DNA of 64,000 bases, from positions 19,282,995 through 19,346,994 of the forward strand of contig OZ037765.1 in the NCBI GenBank assembly GCA_964035545.1, given 5' to 3'. Position 1 is the stretch's first letter. Every line of letters begins with the position of its first letter. A program made the position numbers and the translations under genes. Shown one piece after another: positions 54,791 to 64,000 of the stretch. This stretch comes from Bugula neritina. Lineage: Eukaryota; Animalia; Bryozoa. Under the pieces are notes generated by a model, which was given only the letters and a program-made list of their open reading frames with translations, was not told the DNA's origin and searched no databases.

Positions 54791-57700
54791 GATAATAAAT
54801 CTGTGAATAATTTAAAATTCTCAGTCATGTCACCAAAGCTGTCTGTATCTTTAGCAAGTATATGCTATTGTCTTCTTATTATAATATTGCATTTGGACAA
54901 TGGGTATTATATAGCCATTAAATATTTTTAAATAATTTAATCTTTGTGCTTGTGCCATAAAATTCTTTTAAAGATAAATCAGTAGAGGTCTAATGGCTAA
55001 ATCGTTACCTGTTTTAAAGGGGAATTTATTACATCAAACAAAATATATTCTATTTGAAGAAAGTTGAAAAGGCAACATATACATTATGAATATGTATTTT
55101 GATAAATGGTGAATATCGGTCTTGTTTATTGAATAAATTATAGTCTGATAAATTCAAATCCACACTTAATGTTGCTGTATTTATGCATTTGCTCGTTGTG
55201 AAAATCCCTTAGAATAAATGTTCAAAATATAACATTATTCTCGAATTTTGAACCATACAATCATCAGCAACCATCATTAAGTGCAACATATTATTGATAG
55301 TAGAAAAGGTTATAACTTAATTGTGCAGTTTTATAAATTGATTATATTTTTTAAATAATGGTTCTTGAAAAATATTAACTGTTGTCTCAATGATATACAG
55401 TAAAAACTATTATATTTATTGTAGAGTTTGTTATTTATAACTGTTTGTTGTGTGTTTGGTAGCATGCATAACTTCTATTACTGTTTTCAACTGTGTGTGT
55501 GTTATTTCTATTGTTTTTCACAGATCGAAACTAAATAAGCTGTTAAGAATCTGCAAAGACTTTATTAATTGCAATTTAAAATAAGGTGGCTGTAGAAAAA
55601 ATATTATTTTATTAATTCAAAAATTAAATCTGATTTATAGACTCAAAACAAGCTATAATAAGAAAAAGTAGATTTAAAAACTAAATCCTGTTTTCTTATT
55701 ACATTTGACTAATATTACGCTTACATGACCAGTACTTAGTTTTTCACACTCTGTGCAAGCCTGTTGTTAGGTTCAACTATATTATAATACATAATTTTAT
55801 ATTACACAGAAACATTTTAATCTTCAACTATAATTATGGCAAACATTATGCACATCTTTTTTTGCAGGTGGAATAGATTGACATGAATACTCTTGGCCAG
55901 ATACTGTCATTACATAGGATTTATGGCATGCCAGCTCAGGTGACTTGCATTTATTTCTAAACCAAACTTAGTCCTTCCCAAAGTTATTAAACTATAACTG
56001 CATGATAAATAATAAACTTGTAATAGTCTAGCTAATTAGAGTTTTTAATTGTTATAAAATGTTGATGTGTTTTGAAAAACGTATTTTGTAGTAATAAACT
56101 TCACTAATCCTAAAAAGTCTAAGCTGGGTTACTCATAAACTATCGTAAAACTGGTAAATAGCACCTAGTAAATATAATACATTATGTTGAAGAGTGCACC
56201 ATAACTGCTTACTAATTAGTATTAAAAAAATGACACGTTAATATGTTAATAATCCCCTGTTGCTGAGGGTTAATGAGCCAAATTGCTTGGTACAATAAAT
56301 ATGAATAGACCCACATTTTCATGTTTAACTTTTAGCCCTTTTGATAAAATGAACAATGGAAGTTTCATGTAAGTTCTTTTAATATTAGTGTGGGAGGGAA
56401 AACAAGTTTTAAACATCCTGATTTTATGGCAGCTTTCAACTTGTTGGGCATTTTACTGGCACATTGTTGCTACATGACATATACTGTAAATAGGGAAGTG
56501 GTGTAGCTGCGACTAACACAGTGGGCTCATTAACTGCTTCTTTTTAATAAGTTTATCTTATATGTTGCACCTTTTAGATTGTATCAATGCAAAGTAACCC
56601 TTGAAGTCGTGCTCATCTCCCCAAGTTTATCTCAAACCCCACTAACATGCATTCATTATTGCCATCTATTCAATGTAAAGTAGCCGCTGCAGTTGCAATG
56701 ATCCCAATCCTTTGACTGGCTGACTGATCAAAGAGCTGAGAGGAAACAAACACAAAAGATTATCATTTCTAGTTTATTTTAGTATTTAAATCAACTGTGA
56801 TTCGTAAAACTGTTTAATAAGTTTACAGGTTTTAAAAGAACACAACAAATGTAGAGGATGTCATTACCGCTTGTTTAATATATAAATGATTTAAATGAAA
56901 TTTATGGGAAATTAAAGTCTTATAAGTATGATTGTTTTATATGCTTGCAATAACTTAATAATTATGTTGGTAATAATGATGATTTAGCTTACTGCAATGT
57001 ATTACTATATGCTGTTACTAAACCAACTCCATGTTGTTATAGAGACAAATCTTTTGTAAACTGCAATATTTTACATTGCATTTGAATAAACCAACCTCTA
57101 CACAAACCGGTGACTTTTAGATTTGTAGCCATATTGACTCTGGAGTAGTCATTAATCAACTTTACATACACAAATTTGTTGAAACTTTACATAATAGTCT
57201 CATAGTGTATTAAAGTAAATATATATGCACAATGACATAAAATTAAGTAAACTAACACATGTCTACTATTTGCTATGCATGAAATTCATTTATATACATT
57301 AATTTTGAGCTTACATAACTCTTGCATTAGGGTTTATTAGAATCTCAAAATCTTTGTATGTGTTTAATGTGCCGCCTGTTTTGAATAGGAGAGGCTGTTT
57401 TATGGTAATTACCTACAAACGATCAATGCTCGAGTTTAACTCACAGCAAACTGTTTCAATATGAAGTGCACTTGTACAGCTGGTCATTACACATACACTG
57501 ATTGAGCAACCACTTTAGTTCAGCACTAGTAGAAGCCATTTTGTGGTATGTCTGTTGCTCTAATTTAGGCTGATACTATTTGCAAGCCTTAGCCCGGACA
57601 CTCATGTCTGCATAAATATAACGTACATTTTAATTTTTGATCAATTATAATTGCAAATTGCTATCATATTTTCTAAAATTTTCGTGTCAAAAAGATAAGA

Positions 57701-60700
57701 CTACGTGACTAGTCTATTGCCACTAGATATTCAATTTTCAAATTATTGATGTCTTTTGATTGGCTGTTTCATTTTGTTCAATTTTTACTCCATTGCAGTA
57801 TTACCAAATCCTTTTGCTTGCAATCTAAATTCATGTTTGAAATTATTTCATTACACACAGCAAATTTATTTTGTGAAAATGTTGAAAGAATATTTTTTAA
57901 AGTAATATGTTTACTTTTTGGATATGTGCTGTAAGTAATTTTGTAGTGCTTTAGACACAGAGTATAGTTATGTTATAGCATAAGATTGTAATTATATTGC
58001 AAATTGCAAATTATACATGTACGATAATCAAAAGAATTTGTGACTATGGGCTTGAAATTATTTTTAGTGAACTAATGATCCATAAAATAAAAGGAGAGAC
58101 AATTCCTTAACACCACACACTTGTTTTATACATCTATTTTATAAAGACACAAAAATAAATCAATACATTAAAGTAAAGATCCCTTTGTATCTAGAATAGT
58201 TTATTTAAACTATTTTTACGGCCTTGCAATGCTATCTTTATATAATATGCATTCTGCACTCTTAGCATCCTTATCATTGCTGTAAAGAATGCAAGAATAA
58301 ATGTTTTATTCCAATTTTTAGTTGATTCACTACAGTTGATAATATAAAATGCAGTTTCCAATTTTGCAAAAATAACCAATTCTTAATCACTGAACAAGCT
58401 ATTCAATGCCTAGTCATGACTTCCTTTAGCTAATAACAAGTCTTTACATAATTAATAATTACCAATGCTTTCTAACAAAGAACAACGTAATTAAATTTAA
58501 TTTGCTCAGTCAAAATTGAATTTGAAAGTATATCAGAATTCCAACAGAAACTTTTTTCAAACACTCTTTACGGATTTACATGACTTTTACCAAACTTTAT
58601 AACACTTATACTTAGTTGTTCTTACATGTATTCACTCTTGTGCTTACTTATATACTTATTCATGTACTTACCTAAACTGTTCTTTTTTAATTTCTAGAAC
58701 ATAAAAGCAATAACCAATGATTATTGTCTACTAAGTGGATTACAATTATGTCCAGGGCTGTAAATATTTGTATTAGTATGAGTATTGTAATAGTTGACCC
58801 ACCCAGCCATATTTTAAATCATTGCCTCATATTAAATCAAACATCCCTTAATTTAAATGTTGAAAATCAGTCCATTTTTTATATGTTTATGTCATGACTT
58901 ATATATTTGTTTCTAAAGTGTAGGCTCCATTATAAGTTATCTCCCTTTGCATTATTTATATGTGTTTGACATGTAATGGCATACAAATAATCTCGCTGTA
59001 TAAATAGAGAGTCATATTTTTAGTCATTGAATACAATTTGTGTCACGGAGAGTGTAACTACATACGTTGCAGAGTATTTGGCAAGGTGTTTGTGCATTCC
59101 CAATTTCACAGAAAGGCAAACAATGCTACAACAAAAACTAGTTATTCTTGGCCTCATTAGATACTTTTAAGTAAATATTTAACTTGATACTGTACATATG
59201 TAAATCTGAGATGTGACAAGCTTTTAATGTTCATAATCATGTGTGTATTATGGTTTGCCTATTTAAATATGTGATTTTAGCTCAAATTATTGCTACTCAA
59301 TACGAAATTATAGCTGACACTCTCATCAAAGATATCATGAATTCTCTTCTCAAACTACTTTGCCAATTTTAAAGTATTTGCTAAAGTGAATGGGTCAATC
59401 ACGTGAAAGATAAATAGGATGAGCTAATGTCACTTTTTAGGCTAACAAAAATGACAATCTTATACAATGGTGACCTAATTTGACATCCTTGTTGAGCCAC
59501 TGCCAGGGTACCATGTCTGTGATTTTGCTGCAGGGTTGACCTCGAATGTTGTTTTATTAAATAAAACTATTTTTCACTGACAAGCTGTTATTCAAATTTT
59601 TAGATAACATAGATTATTTTACTTACAAAGAATAGTATATTGAGAAAACAGCAATGAAGCCTTGCTTGTTATACAGTTTGAAACAATATATATCTATTAT
59701 TTAGCATAAGTTTAGCATAGACATTGATTTTATAGGGCAGCATCTGCATTATTTATCCTGGCAAATATTTTAAATTAATGCTGTTTTGTGTAAAACAAAA
59801 TTTTATTTCTTCCAGTTTACACATGCATTTATTAGAATTAAGAACATAATAAAAATATTGTTTAAAAAACACAGTGCTTAATGCTTGAAGCATAAAAATG
59901 AAATATTATGACTATGTTTGATTGAAGAAGTAAATGATTATTTGACTGCGTCTCTTTCTGCTGCTAATGCTATTTTACCTATCGCTGTTACTACTAATAA
60001 AATAGCTGTACATGGATGATTTTTATGGTTGTTATCTTGTTTTAGTAGAAAGTATTAGTTTTCACAAAGTTACATACTAGAGACAAGATACTACACTGAC
60101 TAACTTGTCTGTTTATTAAATATTTCCTGCACAGTAGACAGCAAGACTCTTTTGTGATTTTCAGTGTATCAAATGCCAGTAAGCTGTTCAGGCTTTTATT
60201 TTAAAAAATATATTACGGTGAGCGTTAAACCTACGCATCTTCCCATATATTCCTTTTTGTTTACTAAATAGCTATCACTTTTAACTTTGAGAGACATGTA
60301 AACATCTCATATGATATTTCTCCATTAAATGTACAAATAAACTAACAAACAATAAAGCTCTCTTATATTCATATCCATTACATTTTGTAGCACACTCAAT
60401 GCTTTGCCACTAGATACATTGTAAACTGTATAACAGCTCTACTATCTACAATGAATTATTGTCATTGGAACATAATTTCTATAGAAGACTCTTTGCTGTA
60501 GAGTATGGGCAACAATATGTGTAAACGTTGGCCTTAGGACTTGCAACACTTAAGAGACAAGAGGCTACCATCCCAATGTTTGTAAAAGAGTAAAAGTACT
60601 TAGTCTATGACAGTTGGACTTGAAGTATTGCTGCTCAAAACTCGATGACTATGTGAGTGTTTGTTGGTACAAATAAAATACATGCTTTAGTTTCTTGACA

Positions 60701-63700
60701 CAGTCTCACGTGTTTTAATGTTCATTTAACACTCAACTTCTCAGTTACATTTATTTTCAAGTAGTAATACTATCAGCGATGTACAATGTTTGTCACCAAT
60801 ACTAAACTCTGCATCAAGTTCCACAATGTTGTGAGGTGTCAAACAAAATTTTTAAATTTTCAAACTGCCTCCTTTTCTTTTACAATGGCCCTTGAAAATT
60901 GTAATGACATCATAAATCAACATGTCAGCAGCTGCATGCATTTACCAGAAACTAAACACAGCAGGGTAAACTAATCTTCAACTTATTTAAATAGTTTCTT
61001 TTAAATTTCTAGCATTATGTATTTGTCAGTTATTTGTTTTCCTTTTATATACAGAATGCTGGTAACGTTGTATATGCAAGTAAATTTTTTAATACTTTAA
61101 AATTCCTTAATTGATTAATAAAGTTTTCCTATTTTCATTTGGCAATAAAGTTTTGTTTTGTTGAGACAAATATTCTTGAGCAAAAGTGAAAAGTCTTTAA
61201 AACTGTGGTAAATGAAAAAGAATTCAAGCACAGTGTTTGTATTCAGAAAACATATTGCGTTTTTCCACTTAAATTTTATTTATACAGTTAAGCTTGGCCA
61301 TTTGATTTACCAACTACAATGTGATGGTAAAACCATCCAGCACTGTTTGATATTATATATTTCTGTACTGATCAATGACAAAATTATAAAGTCTAGGAAC
61401 TAGATTGGCTTCTTTTAATGGCTTCACATAATTTATGAAAGTGTTTATATCTATAGTGATGTGCTAGTAAAGCTTAGTCCACTGCATCTTCTCCATGTCT
61501 GTACATTTAGATGGCAGATAATATGTAGTGTGCAATTATATTCATGCATTTTATATACTACCAATTTATTGTTTATCAAATTCCTTTAATTTTATCAATA
61601 TTATAGAATTAATGTGTGGTAAAGTATCATTATAAAGATATTGCTTAAAGATAGGTCAGTACTTGTAAGGGTATTTAACACTTTCAATTCATCATATTCT
61701 CACCACTTCAATAATATCATTGTGAAACTAATGCTTCCACTTGATGCGATTCACACATGTTATGTTTGAAGTTATCTTTTGGTAGCACCATCAATGAATG
61801 CTACAGCTGTGCAACCACTGGCACTTCTACTTTATCAATTTTGATATAGAAGCACAATGTTTTCTTTGTAATTGGTAAATGGTTTTTTTTAAAAACTTTT
61901 TCAAGTAGTAGTAAGTTTCACTAAATTGAAAACTATCTACCTTGATTATCTTGGTTAATGCATCCCAAAGTATACTTGAAAATCACAACAACACGTGCAA
62001 GAAATTATAGCACAGTTGTACCTCAATAATTTTATCTGCTTTAATCCCCTGTTTCTTGTATAACAAGCAAAATATTTTTCAGAAAAATTAATAAAATTTA
62101 AAGTTTAGCTCAAGCTATGCCAGCCAGTAATGCTTTAAGTAATGCGTTTAATGAGTTGTGTGGGAGAACCTTATCCGATATGTAAACCCCACTTTCTGAC
62201 ATATTTATATAATGTGAGTCTTGTCAGCTGTAAGTCCTTTCAGGCTCAATTTGCTTGACACCCGAAATATTCAAATTAAAATTAGATACAATGACAGGTG
62301 TGAAATAAATGGACGATTGAAAATACTTCAGCATTTGGCCTTGTAACTGTACTAAATCTAGTCAACTGCTGTTATTTTCTCTTCTTTATTGTAGTATAAA
62401 TTAGGATCTGGCATAAAAGTGACACTGCATAGTTTAATTTATGTTAGAAATAAATTGCTACAGATATCTATTGCTGGGACCAGCCAGTTAGCACTCAACT
62501 TATAGTACTGCCAAAAAGTGTTGTTTAAAAAATTATTTATAAGATCTAAATAGCTATTGCACACATGCATGTAACATCCTGTTTTCTAGCCTATTTTTGC
62601 TAAAAATATTAAGGGTAAAAACATTTTTTATAACTTAGATGATAAATAAGATGATTAAGTTAAGGTTCTCCATGATAATTATTTCAAAAACTGCTTGCAA
62701 AAATAAAGCAAAATATTAATTTAAGATGCAAGTAACTTTTCTTTGGACGGGATAGACTGAGTTAATGAGCTTTTGCTTGAGTTATATTTTAAGAATTAAA
62801 ATATGTATATTTGGCTTTGTTGGCTTGACACATAAGCACTGTTATTGACCCCTTTTTCTATAAATTTGCTCACAATAGACTAGCTAGTGCTTCATTACAT
62901 GATGTATTATTATAGTATTTAGTCTATTGCAATCTACCAGCATTATGTTCATATTTTCAATCTAGGTCACATGCAATCATGACCATCTCTATATTTACAA
63001 TAGAGCTACTGTTATTTTGTTTTCTTTACAGAACCAGGGCCTTTACATAATTGCTGTTTGCTATATAGCAGTATACGGCTCTGTAAACTGGTATTTAATA
63101 AAAAGTTTGAAACGTACAGCTGCTGTTTTGCTATCAAGAGCAAATGTTGAAAAAACAATTCTTAACCTTGATAAAGCTTCAGAATGTATCTTTTTTGTTT
63201 TGCTGTTTACCACACTAGTCTATAATATTTAACATTAATGTATAGCTCAACCTAGCGGCAACCTATAAATAGGTTTATATGTAAAGAGAATAAATAGATG
63301 GTTTTGAAGATAGGCTTCTTTTGTTAGATGTATAGTATATTATATTAATGGTGTATAATTATTCATAGGACAAGACATGCAAGCTGAGCAATGCTTTGAG
63401 TCAGAATGTAGCCTTTTAGTAAATTATTTGAATACATGATGAAGATACCGAGGTGTTACTAACATATACAAACTAGCCCATTGTTTATACAGAATATATT
63501 AACATCATCCTAAACATTGTAATATTAGTATAACACTGTAACTATGTAGTCAACTATAGTAGACTCAGATATAAATTATTCTCATTGTGTATACAATTAG
63601 ATACCAGTCTCTTGCTTCTAATATAAAATTCATGATAGAAATCTCAGACACCAAGGGCAGCCTAACAGTAATCATAGCCAGTGCATTCAACAACAGTATA

Positions 63701-64000
63701 TAGAGATGTTAGCAATATTCACTAGTGGGACTCGAGCCTATTTTAGAAGTGCCTAATAACCAACAAATCTGGTAATGATGGTAAAAGTTCCTTCTGCTAC
63801 ACTCAATGGTGACTTATGAGTATTATGCTTATGATGACCAGCTCACATAATCCACACAGATTAGGCATTCTTATTGGCATTTATAATTCCAGAATTATAA
63901 GGTTATACTGCTTACATGTAAAAAATGAATGCACCTATTAAATGCATTAACAAAAAAACATAGAAGACATATACATGTAATTAATAAACATTTGAGTAGT

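Overview
AT-rich, intron-containing invertebrate (metazoan) genomic DNA, not prokaryotic. Five host genes can be reconstructed exon by exon. (1) A 14-exon ANL-superfamily AMP-dependent synthetase (-, 1387-9891). (2) MRPL55 (-). (3) MTBP (+). (4) HROB/C17orf53 (-). (5) CFAP418/C8orf37 (+). MRPL55/MTBP and HROB/CFAP418 form two head-to-head pairs, and MTBP and HROB are tail-to-tail. A young, nearly intact 6.6-kb Academ (AcademX-type: transposase + XPG/PIN nuclease + Cys-rich tail) DNA transposon, with ~650-bp TIRs, TAG..CTA ends and a TTA TSD, sits inside the inferred <200-bp MRPL55/MTBP bidirectional promoter. A decayed 3.8-kb Sola2-like transposon with ~970-bp TIRs lies in the MRPL55 5' intron. 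There are also six copies of a tRNA-Thr-derived SINE, several LINE fragments, MITE-like hairpins and microsatellites. The most unusual unexplained signal lies in the 1.5-3 kb on each side of both inferred bidirectional promoters. This DNA is made of self-complementary period-3 (ANT)n sequence, and it carries a 619-bp near-perfect palindrome, a microhomology-bounded inversion that splits a SINE, an inverted duplication and many short tandem duplications. Together these suggest a promoter-proximal template-switch mutagenesis zone. All gene and family assignments come from motif recognition by eye; no database search was run.
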